A stretch of 64,000 nt of DNA from an uncultured Acidobacteriota bacterium (GCA_963796275.1 CAWCKY010000003.1:736001-800000), one strand, 5' to 3'; positions 34,242 to 44,044 are shown, numbered from the stretch's first letter. Notes: generated from the sequence alone by a model not told the origin. Numbers and translations are program-made.

Positions 34242-35300
34242 TCATTTGCGTGCGGCGTATGCCTGCTTGACGAATTCAGGCACTTTAGGTTCAAGTTCGA
34301 ACTGCTCGATGGTAGGTTGATGTTTTTTTGTCAGCGCCCAACGTTGCAACCATGAAATCCCGGCTCGCCCTGTAAACCTATCCTCCAGGCTGTACGCTTT
34401 GTCTTGAAATGCATCTTCCAGCGAAATGAATTGATAGCCGCGCTTTTTCATCATTGCGATCAGCTTGTCAAAATGATCTGCATTGAGCATGTTTGCGTGT
34501 ACCAATAATATTTGCTTTATTTCGTAGCCCAGCAGCGTGGCGGATTGTTTTTCATAGAACTCTATCGACGCTTCCATGTACGGCACGTAAGCCTCAGCAA
34601 CGCGATTCATCATTGCACGATCATTATTTTTTAAAGCGTCTGCATAAACAGCGGCGAAGACATAGTCCTGATTATCGACAGTTACCGGAGCTACGATATA
34701 CTTCCGTTCGGCCAAAATATTTTCGAAGGCATTTTTCATTTCAAGAGATGCGCCGGTGTTGAGGTAGGGATGGCGAAAATACCGTATCTTCATCTCTCTG
34801 GCGATCAACAATTTTTGCGTAATTTTCTCGCCCGCGAGCAAATCCTGTTCGAACTTCTCGGCCGAGGCCGTGAACATATCCAGGTGCGAATACGTGTGAT
34901 TGCCGAGTTCAAATCCCGCCTCGACCCATAGCTGCAAAATGCTTGTGCGCGCCTCGACTTCATCGTGTTGATATGGAGATCCAGCGCGTTGATGTAATTT
35001 CCCTTCGTTAATGAAACCGATTACCGGGACCTTGTTTCGCTTGAGCGTCTCGATCAATTTGCTTGTCAGGGCTTTCAGTTCCTTCACCGGATAAGTCGGC
35101 ACCGATGGCAAATCGTCGAATGTGATAGCGATTTGCCTTTGTGGTTGAACGGGGCTCGTTGTCCCGGTACGAGCCGATGAGCGGTGTATTTTTGCAGCAG
35201 CTATTCGCTGATCATTCTGTGTGAACGAGCCGATAGAAAGGCCGGTAATAAGGGCACAACAGCAGGTGGCAAACAGCGCCACCACAAAAAATCTTTTCAT
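34242..35300 (-). CDS. Secreted polysaccharide deacetylase (NodB/CE4)
   Basis: Signal or TM segment; TFDDLP, GNHTYSH, YFRHPY and ILLVH motifs; AAGGAGG RBS before ATG 35300. Confidence 0.9.
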   Translation of the reverse strand: MKRFFVVALFATCCCALITGLSIGSFTQNDQRIAAAKIHRSSARTGTTSPVQPQRQIAITFDDLPSVPTYPVKELKALTSKLIETLKRNKVPVIGFINEGKLHQRAGSPYQHDEVEARTSILQLWVEAGFELGNHTYSHLDMFTASAEKFEQDLLAGEKITQKLLIAREMKIRYFRHPYLNTGASLEMKNAFENILAERKYIVAPVTVDNQDYVFAAVYADALKNNDRAMMNRVAEAYVPYMEASIEFYEKQSATLLGYEIKQILLVHANMLNADHFDKLIAMMKKRGYQFISLEDAFQDKAYSLEDRFTGRAGISWLQRWALTKKHQPTIEQFELEPKVPEFVKQAYAARK

Positions 35301-35475
35301 CTGATGGTTCTCCTCCTTATGGTATTCCCGTGAAACTCTTTTAGTATAACCGCGCATAAAAAACTGGTTGAGCATTTTGATCGATTTGTTACACTGTTTG
35401 CCTCTCTAGAACTAACGCGGCAAAAATGGCGAAATGACGACATTCTGACTGAATATTTTTTTTCTTAAGATAAAA

Positions 35476-36063
35476 ATGAGCGGATCAGCGGAACGGACAT
35501 CTGGTGAATTGACGCGATTGCTCATCGCATGGAGCAAAGGCGATGCGTGCGCGCTGGAAAAACTGGCGCCTCTCGTCTACGCCGAGATGCGCAAACTCGC
35601 GCACCGGTATATGAACCGCGAGCGCGCCGGGCATACCTTGCAAACCACGGCGCTCGTTCATGAGACGTTCTTACGTTTGCTCGGCAACCCGCAGGATAGC
35701 TGGCAAAATCGCGCGCACTTTTATGCGATCGCAGCACAAATGATGCGGCGCATACTGGTGGATTACGCGCGCGCAAATTTGCGTACGAAACGCGGTGGTG
35801 AGGCGACCCACATTGCTCTCGCGAATATCGATTTGCCGGTTGCCGACTCCGCGCTAAACCTCGATTTCATTGCGTTAGATGCGGCGCTGGAAAAGCTCGC
35901 AGCGATAGATCCGCGTCGTAGCCGCGTAGTCGAGTTGCGTTTTTTTGGCGGACTCAGCGTCGAAGAGACGGCGCTGGTGCTACAGGTTGCCCCGGATACG
36001 GTTGTGCGCGACTGGCGCGTTGCCAAGGCCTGGCTCTTTCGCTACCTGAATCATGCAAGCTAA
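35476..36063 (+). CDS. ECF sigma factor, kinase-associated type (ECF43 / TIGR02999-like)
   Basis: HTLQTTALVHE, AAQMMRRILVDYAR, VELRFFGGLSVEET and RDWRVAKAWL; overlaps the kinase start. Confidence 0.93.
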   Translation: MSGSAERTSGELTRLLIAWSKGDACALEKLAPLVYAEMRKLAHRYMNRERAGHTLQTTALVHETFLRLLGNPQDSWQNRAHFYAIAAQMMRRILVDYARANLRTKRGGEATHIALANIDLPVADSALNLDFIALDAALEKLAAIDPRRSRVVELRFFGGLSVEETALVLQVAPDTVVRDWRVAKAWLFRYLNHAS

Positions 36064-38068
36064 CGAATGGGAAAAGATCGGCTCGCTGCTTGATCGCGCG
36101 CTGGCCTTACCGGCTGCACAACGACAGGCATATCTTGCCGAAATAGCGCGCGTCGAAGGCGAAGCGATCAGCCGAGAAGTCAAAGCTCTATTACAAGCGG
36201 ATCAGGATTCGGACGGTTTTCTCGGTACCGACGCGCTGGTGCTGGCTGCACGGCAACTCGCCGACAATGCCCAGGCAGGGGAACGGATCCTAGAGAATGC
36301 GAAGTACGGGAACTATCGCATTCTCACGAAGCTCGGGGCGGGCGGCATGGGTGAGGTCTATTTAGCTCTGGATGAAACGCTCGGCAGACGCGTGGCGCTC
36401 AAGTTCTTGCCGCATCTTTTTATGCAGGACGAGACGCAGCTAGCCCGCTTCGAACGAGAGGCTCGCGCGGCATCGGCACTCAATCACCCCAATATTTTGA
36501 CAGTCTATGAAATCGGCCGCGCGCACGGGCGCGCATTCATTGCAACGGAATACGTCGAAGGGAGAACGCTGCGCGCCACGATCGCCGAACGAAATCTCTC
36601 GTACGGCGAGATTCTCAAAATTGCCGAACAGATCGGAGCGGCGCTCAATGCCGCGCACGTTGCGGGCCTCATCCACCGTGACATCAAACCCGATAACATC
36701 ATGCTTCGCCCCGATGGCTATGTGAAGGTTCTGGACTTCGGGTTGGCCAAACCCGTCAAAATGGCAGAAGCATCAAACCCAGGTTTTACAACCGCTCAAC
36801 GGCGGCTGAAGCGACAGCCGCGGCAACAAACGCAGGAGGGAATGGTTCTCGGCACACCCGGATATATGTCGCCCGAACAAGTTCAGGGAGAAACGCTCGA
36901 CGCCCGGTCAGACCTGTGGAGCCTCGGCGCAACGCTGTATGAGATGCTCACCGGAACCGCATTATCCGCGGGCGCTGCCGCTGTGCGAACCGTTGATGTT
37001 CTGGGCAGACACGCGATGGTTGACCTGTTAATGACCGGTAAACATCGACTGTTTCAACCGATGCTGCAAAAGGCTCTCGCGCAACAGCCGAGTCACCGCT
37101 ACCAGAGCGCCCGGGAGTTTCTCATCGATGTCGATCGAGTAAAAATGGCTTGCGCACGCGGCAAACCGAAATTTCCGAGCGCCCGCTCGAAAAGACTGGC
37201 CGTGATCGCGTTTTCGCTTTTCATCGTGTCGTCCCTCGGGCTGATCCTCTGGCGCGAAGCTGCGCCGGTCGAACGCCCGGCGGTTTCACAATATTCAATC
37301 GATCGGGGGAGGGTTTCAGAAGCGGAACTCTATTGGAAACTCAGCGATGCTGAAAAAATGGCGTTTATCCGTGAGGCAGCGCAGAACATCGCGAAAATGC
37401 TGGGCGAGGATCCTTCAGCACATACACACAGACAACTTTCTAAGATCAAAAACAATCTCGAAACTTTTGTGGTGAAGCGCAACAGCCTCTCGACCGACCC
37501 CGGACGGGAGAGCATCAAAGCTACTCATGCTCGCGCGAGCGTCTACGCTCCTTTCATCATCGATGCGTTCAGCGAACGCAACCTGCCGCCGATTTTGGGC
37601 TTGTACATTGCGATGAATGAGACGGAATATCACCCGTGCACGGAATCGATAGTAGGCGCGAAAGGGCTCTTTAGTTTTATGCCGGGGACCGCGCAGCGTT
37701 ACGGATTGCGACTGACCCCGAGCGATGAGCGTTGTGATCCGCGCAAAATCGCCCAGGCCGCGGCACATTACCTGGAAGATCTGACCAAATTGTACGGCCG
37801 AAATGCGGACGCTTTGACATTGGCAATGCTGGCCTACAATTGGGGAGATACTCGAGTGTCGCGCGCGGTGGCGGAGCTTAAGGCAAAAAACGTTCATCCC
37901 ATCAACTTCTGGACTCTCCTGGAAAATAATGCGCGGTTGTCCATCCCCATGAATTCAGAGAGCCAAAATTATGCGCCCCGATTTTTTGCGGCCGCGATAC
38001 TGGGCGAAACTCCTCAGCGCTTCGGATTGGAGACTCAGAGACTCTCAGCCTACACCGCGAATAAGTGA
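36053..38068 (+). CDS. Membrane Hanks-type Ser/Thr kinase with C-terminal lytic transglycosylase domain
   Basis: GAGGMGEV, VALK, HRDIKPDN, DFG and MSPEQ; TM LAVIAFSLFIVSSLGLILW; then MNETEY, GLFSFMPGTA and LAYNWG. Confidence 0.9.
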   Translation: MQANEWEKIGSLLDRALALPAAQRQAYLAEIARVEGEAISREVKALLQADQDSDGFLGTDALVLAARQLADNAQAGERILENAKYGNYRILTKLGAGGMGEVYLALDETLGRRVALKFLPHLFMQDETQLARFEREARAASALNHPNILTVYEIGRAHGRAFIATEYVEGRTLRATIAERNLSYGEILKIAEQIGAALNAAHVAGLIHRDIKPDNIMLRPDGYVKVLDFGLAKPVKMAEASNPGFTTAQRRLKRQPRQQTQEGMVLGTPGYMSPEQVQGETLDARSDLWSLGATLYEMLTGTALSAGAAAVRTVDVLGRHAMVDLLMTGKHRLFQPMLQKALAQQPSHRYQSAREFLIDVDRVKMACARGKPKFPSARSKRLAVIAFSLFIVSSLGLILWREAAPVERPAVSQYSIDRGRVSEAELYWKLSDAEKMAFIREAAQNIAKMLGEDPSAHTHRQLSKIKNNLETFVVKRNSLSTDPGRESIKATHARASVYAPFIIDAFSERNLPPILGLYIAMNETEYHPCTESIVGAKGLFSFMPGTAQRYGLRLTPSDERCDPRKIAQAAAHYLEDLTKLYGRNADALTLAMLAYNWGDTRVSRAVAELKAKNVHPINFWTLLENNARLSIPMNSESQNYAPRFFAAAILGETPQRFGLETQRLSAYTANK

Positions 38069-38227
38069 TTTTCTGGGCTTCGCCGTTTTATGCCCGCCTT
38101 GTTTTAAAAAAAGTAGTTATATAGTTAAATAACTGCTTGACTACCCTCTGGCCTTGGCAGATAATGCCGCCGAAATGTTCGATCGGAAAATAAATCAACT
38201 GACAACAATGGAAAATAGGAGGGTGGT

Positions 38228-38980
38228 ATGTCTCTTTCACTTAATGGGAAATCAGCGTTGATAACGGGGAGTTCCCGCGGGATTGGTCGTGCGATAGCCG
38301 AGCGTTTTGCCGCTGACGGCGCGTCTGTCGTCATTAATTACACGCAGAGTGAGAAATCGGCGCGTGAGGCGGTCAAAAGCATCGTCGATAAAGGAGGTCA
38401 GGCGGTTGCTATCAGGGCCGATCTCGCCAAAACCGCGGATATTAGGCGGCTTTTCGATGAAGCCGAAAAGGCTTGGGGGCGATTGGATATCGTGGTGGCC
38501 AATGCGGGTGTTTTTTTGGGGAAACCTCTGATTGAAAGCACAGTGGAAGACTATGATTACGTTTTCAACATCAATACCAGAGGTGTTTTCTTCACACTGC
38601 AGGAAGCTGCCAAGCGGGTGCGCGATGGTGGGCGCATCATTGTCGTTTCGACGGGAGGGACTAAGATGTATTTCGCCAATACCTCTCTCTATATTGGGAG
38701 CAAAGGCGCGATCGAGCAATTCGCCAGGGGACTCTCGCGCGAGCTCGGTCCGCGAAACGTGACCGTCAATATTCTCTCTCCGGGATTCACCGAAACGGAT
38801 ATGTTCGATAAAGCGGCAGATGAGCTCGGCAGCGATCAGATACGCGGCGGAGCGAGCCTTTCGCCTTTCAATCGCATCGGCACATCGGTGGAAGTGGCCG
38901 ATGTGGCTGGGTTTCTAGCTAGTGACGCCGCACGATGGGTAACTGGGCAGAATGTGCAGGCGGGCGGCGGAGTTGTCTGA
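38228..38980 (+). CDS. SDR family oxidoreductase
   Basis: TGSSRGIG, NAG, YIGSK and SPGFTET. Confidence 0.93.
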   Translation: MSLSLNGKSALITGSSRGIGRAIAERFAADGASVVINYTQSEKSAREAVKSIVDKGGQAVAIRADLAKTADIRRLFDEAEKAWGRLDIVVANAGVFLGKPLIESTVEDYDYVFNINTRGVFFTLQEAAKRVRDGGRIIVVSTGGTKMYFANTSLYIGSKGAIEQFARGLSRELGPRNVTVNILSPGFTETDMFDKAADELGSDQIRGGASLSPFNRIGTSVEVADVAGFLASDAARWVTGQNVQAGGGVV

Positions 38981-39272
38981 ATCTGGCTTCACCGCGATCG
39001 ACACGGATGCGACAGACTCACGGAATAATTACCGCGATCATCCGTGGCACCCGGTCGATCTGCGATGAAGCGTACTGCGATGAAGCGGATAATGTTACAT
39101 CACTAATTCCTCAGTCTCTTGTCGAATCTCAGCGACCCTGATAAATTCACTTCGTGACTCAGCATAAACGAATAGAATTCTCGAGAATTAATCCAATCAA
39201 GCAATTCATCAGCCCGGACTAACGGAGAGAGCGCCGCTCTGTCGCCGGAGTTGGAAGCATTGCCGAAACCGT

Positions 39273-41930
39273 ATGTCTATTATCAAGAGCAAGAGAGGAA
39301 GGGATTTCAAGGGGCCGGTAGCATGGCTTTTTGGCCGTGAGTTACTCAGCCAGCTCAAATGGATACTGCTCTATACGGCAGCCGGTAGCCGGTTCGACCC
39401 GCGCCAGTGGATGCAGGCTAATATCTACGATTACCTCAAAGAGGAAGGGGAAGGCGAGTCGATCGGAGACGAATTCTGGTTCGATTACCTTTCAGATACA
39501 GGCGATGGAATGAAAGCTACTTATAGTATCGCTTATCTCTGTATGAGCGACCTGTACGTGGAAGATTTGTCAACTGATTCAAACGCCGATCGGAAAGCTG
39601 AGCGCGAGGTCAGGCTTCATCATAAGAGGGGAAACTACAGGAACGTGCTCCCGCGCGGTCAATTTTTATTCGTGGGTGGTGATACCAGCTACCACCTCGC
39701 CGATTACGAGACCCTGGCCAACCGTTTTCAGACTCCTTTTGAATGGGCGTATGAAGACCTGTGTGCGGACTTGAAAGATACGCCCTCCGATTTGAATGTA
39801 CGGCGGCCGTTCTTCGGAATTCCGGCCAATCACGATTATTACGACGAGATCGACGGGTTCAGGCGTCAGTTTCGCCGTCAAGTTTCCGATGAAGACCTGA
39901 AGTGTGGGATCTGCGGTGCCACCGGAAGATACATCCGTGAGACAAAAAAAGACCTCGAATACGAATGCGTATCATGTTCTCCGCCGACCATAATCAAGAG
40001 ACCGCAGTTGCAAATATCGGCCTTCAAACGCTGCCAGGAAGCGAGTTATATCGCAATCAAGCTCCCATTCGGATGGTGGTTATGGGGGCTCGATACCGAG
40101 AGAGGCGGTATCGATTACAGGCAGAAAGATTATTTCCTCACCGCTCTGAAAAAGGGTGGTGGTGAAACCGGAAGTAACAACCGGAAGCACGTACCGGATA
40201 AGTTGATAGTGGCAAACTCTGTACCGATATTCGCCTTCGGGCAACTGGCGAAACTAGACGATGAAAAATCGACCCGGGCATACGATGAACTCGATCTCGG
40301 TCTTCCGTACCACAAGGGAGCCGTCGATCCTCTCGCTGCCGGACAATGCCGCCTCGATCTATCCGGAGACGTGCATCATTACGCGCGGTATGGCGGTCCA
40401 CATTGCACGGGAGATGATCCGCGAGCTGGCGGCCAGGCACCACGCTATACCAATAATAGCTATGCCTCGGTAGTCTCCGGATTGGGTGGCGCATTTCATC
40501 ACCCGTCGCAGACCTACGCCGACGAGATCAAAGAACAGGTTTTATATCCCCCCGAGAATATATCGCGAGCTGCAATAGCGGAGAGAATCTTTAAATTCCG
40601 GACGATATGGAAGGGCGGATACGTCGGCATCATCGGGGCAGTTATCGCGACAATTTTCTATTTCGGGCTTGCAGTCGGCATTCCGTTCCGTGGTTTCTAT
40701 AACATCACCACATTCGAAAGAGCTCGAGAGCCATGGCTATTCCCATTTGCTCAAGGTCCATCACTTTTCGCATTATCATTCCTCGCCTTATCAATAGTTG
40801 GACTATGGTTAGCCTTCAAAAGGGTCTCAGGTCTTCTGCAAACCGTCAGAAAATTCAAGGCGAGCGGCAGTAGAGCGAGGGATGGTGTTCAGGATTTGAG
40901 GCGAAATGAGAAAAAAACGATCATGCTGCTCTGTGCGATCACAATCGTTACCACTATAGCCTGGCTCGCTGGATTGTATAGACTAGATAGCTATACGCAA
41001 AACATTTCGCCCTTCTTTCACAGTATCATTATCTTCCTTTGCCTGCTCTGGGCTGGTGCGGCGATATGGCTAAATATCAGGTATAGCGATCTCATATCTC
41101 ATATGTCATCCTACCGCAATATAACAGTATTTCATCTGGTATTGACGTGGATGTTATGGATTGCTGTTATTACAATCATGCTTGGTGGGATTTATTTGTA
41201 TGGCGAACAGCGGTTTTCCGTCTTGGTCTCTGACCTCGTCTTAATATCCACGCTGCTGGGACTATTGTGCGCGGTACTCTATCTGGCTATAAGCGTGAGC
41301 GGGGAGATCGGCAGTAAGATGGGGTGGCCATTTTGGTTACTCCTGGGAGCGCTGCATCTGGTATTTCAGATGGCTGTTCCGCTTGAGATAGTAGTTAAAG
41401 GAGCATGGTATGTCTGGTTTATTGCAGGTGTATTGCTCTTGTATGTGTTTCCCAGAGCAGGCGAATATCTGATGAAAAATAACATTTCTTGGTTGAAACT
41501 CGGGAACAGATGGTGGTTACTGATTGCATGGGTGATTTTCGGTGCCGGCATAATGGCACTCACCTTCATAGAGGATACGCCGTTCATTGATGTCATCACC
41601 GAAACCGCTGTTCCTTATTTGCGGTTTGTAGTAGAAGAGGGGTCGGGAAAAGATTTTACAGGGTTGATTGCGGCCTTCTTCGTAGGAGGAGTAACAAGTT
41701 GCGTCTGGCTAGGCTGGTACCTGGCAGTCTCTCTCGGGTTTAACGGCCATAACAATGAGGTGGGAGGCGCGACGCGCATCGAGAATTTTAAACAATTCGT
41801 CCGTATTAGACTTACAAGAGATACGCTTTCAGCATATGTGATAGCCGTCGATGAACCTGAGCAGAAGGGGAAACTCTTGAAACCCAGGATAGTCGACTCA
41901 TTCACGCTCGTTGTGAAACATGAAGATTAA
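39273..41930 (+). CDS. Calcineurin-like metallophosphoesterase fused to a multi-pass membrane domain
   Basis: WFDYLSDTGDG, GGDTSY, IPANHDYYD, SGDVHHY and GGAFHHP, followed by about a dozen hydrophobic segments. Confidence 0.8.
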   Translation: MSIIKSKRGRDFKGPVAWLFGRELLSQLKWILLYTAAGSRFDPRQWMQANIYDYLKEEGEGESIGDEFWFDYLSDTGDGMKATYSIAYLCMSDLYVEDLSTDSNADRKAEREVRLHHKRGNYRNVLPRGQFLFVGGDTSYHLADYETLANRFQTPFEWAYEDLCADLKDTPSDLNVRRPFFGIPANHDYYDEIDGFRRQFRRQVSDEDLKCGICGATGRYIRETKKDLEYECVSCSPPTIIKRPQLQISAFKRCQEASYIAIKLPFGWWLWGLDTERGGIDYRQKDYFLTALKKGGGETGSNNRKHVPDKLIVANSVPIFAFGQLAKLDDEKSTRAYDELDLGLPYHKGAVDPLAAGQCRLDLSGDVHHYARYGGPHCTGDDPRAGGQAPRYTNNSYASVVSGLGGAFHHPSQTYADEIKEQVLYPPENISRAAIAERIFKFRTIWKGGYVGIIGAVIATIFYFGLAVGIPFRGFYNITTFERAREPWLFPFAQGPSLFALSFLALSIVGLWLAFKRVSGLLQTVRKFKASGSRARDGVQDLRRNEKKTIMLLCAITIVTTIAWLAGLYRLDSYTQNISPFFHSIIIFLCLLWAGAAIWLNIRYSDLISHMSSYRNITVFHLVLTWMLWIAVITIMLGGIYLYGEQRFSVLVSDLVLISTLLGLLCAVLYLAISVSGEIGSKMGWPFWLLLGALHLVFQMAVPLEIVVKGAWYVWFIAGVLLLYVFPRAGEYLMKNNISWLKLGNRWWLLIAWVIFGAGIMALTFIEDTPFIDVITETAVPYLRFVVEEGSGKDFTGLIAAFFVGGVTSCVWLGWYLAVSLGFNGHNNEVGGATRIENFKQFVRIRLTRDTLSAYVIAVDEPEQKGKLLKPRIVDSFTLVVKHED

Positions 41931-41985
41931 CCGTAAAAGCCATCATGTCGTTTTGATGTTACCTGGATGCGTATTTACTTGAGGG

Positions 41986-42210
41986 GTGTGTGCAAATTAA
42001 AGTTGGTTATTATCAACAGTTTCTGATTGGCTCCGGAGGAGCCCGATCTATATAGCATTTGATTACCCAAGCCTCACAAGCTCCGGAGGAGCGACATATG
42101 AATGCCTGTATGTCGCTCCTCCGAAGCTGTGAGATGTGGGAGAACGAGTTCTATAAACATCCCGCTCAGGAACGAGAACATTGATTCAATGATCTTTTAT
42201 TTGCACACTC
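41986..42210. mobile_element. MITE-like element with terminal inverted repeats and internal GCTCCGGAGGAGC REP-like units
   Basis: GTGTGCAAATWAAAG IR at 41988-42002/42194-42208 (14/15); inner AGCTCCGGAGGAGCGACAT...ATGTCGCTCCTCCGAAGCT. Confidence 0.6.
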
Positions 42211-42249
42211 TTTCATTTATTTCACTGCCTGTTCTTGCGCGCGCATAGT

Positions 42250-43779
42250 TCATCTTATCCCATGCAAGCGGTATTTCCGGGTGAACCGATTGGTGATGTC
42301 AGCGATCTCAACCTCGATAATTCCATTGGAATCACACGAATATACCTCTTCTATCAGATTACCGTACTGTTGTCCGCGAGTAATCTCAGCTTTTTTTATG
42401 CCGTCATCGGATTGTAAAGTGGGGTCGAAGGGAAAGACAATTTCATTCCATGGCGCGATGTCACCTAACGGTTGGCCCGTATGATCGACGCGGCCGCATT
42501 CGAGATAACGAAAATTACCGATATTATGTGTCGGAATATAACTTCGTTTGCGCGTTAATGGCGATTCCCCTTTGGTGGGTAGCGGGGTGTCCTTCTCGAA
42601 GAGCAAGTCGAATGAAATTGCGTCGCCGTCGTTCCATTCACGCCACACTCCGAAGTTGCGTGAGAACCGCTCGCGCAGCTTATATCCGGTGGCGGTGTCA
42701 GCCGCGATAGCCAGACCGATCGCCGTCGCCGCGTGTGGATAGGGAGAACGCCTGACCTGTCGCCCGTATCTCTCTTTGAGCAAGCGCAAGACCAGCGGCA
42801 GATCGCTCGACCCTCCTACGAGATAAACCGAAGACGGTTCGCGGATATCGAAACCGGATTCGAGCATCGATTTATCCATCGCCTGTTCCATCGACTCGAT
42901 CGTGCTTTCTACTAAAGGCCGGCATTCCTCATAAAAGTCGCTGACGTTGATTGTGACTTCGCCCGCGTCTTCGATCCCCAGGCCTAGATCGAGAGTGATG
43001 CGGCGAGTATTCGGATGCAGGCTCTCTTTTTTGTGGCGGCACTCCTCGAGCAGCCGCGCCAGCGCGATATCTGAAATTTTATTTATATCTGCTAGCTTGA
43101 GCGCCATATCGAGCAAGATAATGTCGAAGTTATCCCCGCCAAGTTTGGCGATGCCCTCGCTGCTCAGAACCTGGTGATCCCGCTCGACCAAGCTGATGAC
43201 GGAAGAATCGAAGGTGCCCCCGCCGAGATCGTAAACGAGAAGAGTCTCTCGTTTCGCAGCCGCGGCGCTTGCCGTAAGATGATGAGCGTATTCGATGCCG
43301 GCTGCCGATGGCTCATTCATCAATCCACGAACATCGAACCCCGCATCCCGAAAGGCTTCGAGCGTAATGAAACGCTGGTTGCTATTGGAATTGGCCGGCA
43401 CGGATATCATGGCTTGCAGTTTTTCGCGTGGTTTGATGTGCAGGTTCGAACGGCCGATCAGATCCTCGCGAAGGTGTGAAAGAAAATCCGTCAGCAATTC
43501 AAGCGCAAAGAAGTGCCGGTCTCCGATTTGAAGTGATTCGTAGGGACCGACCGATCCGAGCTGCCGTTTGAACGATCGCAAAACATGCCAGTCCGGATCG
43601 CTTTGCTTCGAAGCCGCATCGAAACCGAATAATAGTTCGCCGCCGCGCGTTGCTACTAACGATGGATACCAGCTGAGTGTGTCTCCGCTCTCCGGTTGAA
43701 AACTGACAATGGGATAGTTCCCCCGGTCTACTGCCGCAACAACTGTGCGGGTTGTTCCAAAATCAATTCCAAGAAGCAT
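42250..43779 (-). CDS. Atypical Hsp70-family protein
   Basis: GIDFGTT, NEPSAA, YDLGGGTFD, LGGDNFD and LVGGSS; short divergent C-terminus. Confidence 0.9.
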   Translation of the reverse strand: MLLGIDFGTTRTVVAAVDRGNYPIVSFQPESGDTLSWYPSLVATRGGELLFGFDAASKQSDPDWHVLRSFKRQLGSVGPYESLQIGDRHFFALELLTDFLSHLREDLIGRSNLHIKPREKLQAMISVPANSNSNQRFITLEAFRDAGFDVRGLMNEPSAAGIEYAHHLTASAAAAKRETLLVYDLGGGTFDSSVISLVERDHQVLSSEGIAKLGGDNFDIILLDMALKLADINKISDIALARLLEECRHKKESLHPNTRRITLDLGLGIEDAGEVTINVSDFYEECRPLVESTIESMEQAMDKSMLESGFDIREPSSVYLVGGSSDLPLVLRLLKERYGRQVRRSPYPHAATAIGLAIAADTATGYKLRERFSRNFGVWREWNDGDAISFDLLFEKDTPLPTKGESPLTRKRSYIPTHNIGNFRYLECGRVDHTGQPLGDIAPWNEIVFPFDPTLQSDDGIKKAEITRGQQYGNLIEEVYSCDSNGIIEVEIADITNRFTRKYRLHGIR

Positions 43780-44044
43780 ATTGATCTTTCCCGCTGATAA
43801 GTTTATTGAAGACTGCTCCGATTAAAGTAATATCTGCTCGCGAACTTTCGATTGGCTCCGATTGCGAGGATATAGCTTTCGTAAAAGGTAAATTTGTGAA
43901 TGGTCGATTGCTAAATCATTACCTGCCTTCGGCACCATCGCTTAACCGCTGATATATTGAACTTTAATTCGCAATGTCTTCCCCTGATTTAAAGTGAGGG
44001 CCTGAAAGTGGGTTTCGTTTCTTGCGTTTTTTATTTTGTGTATT

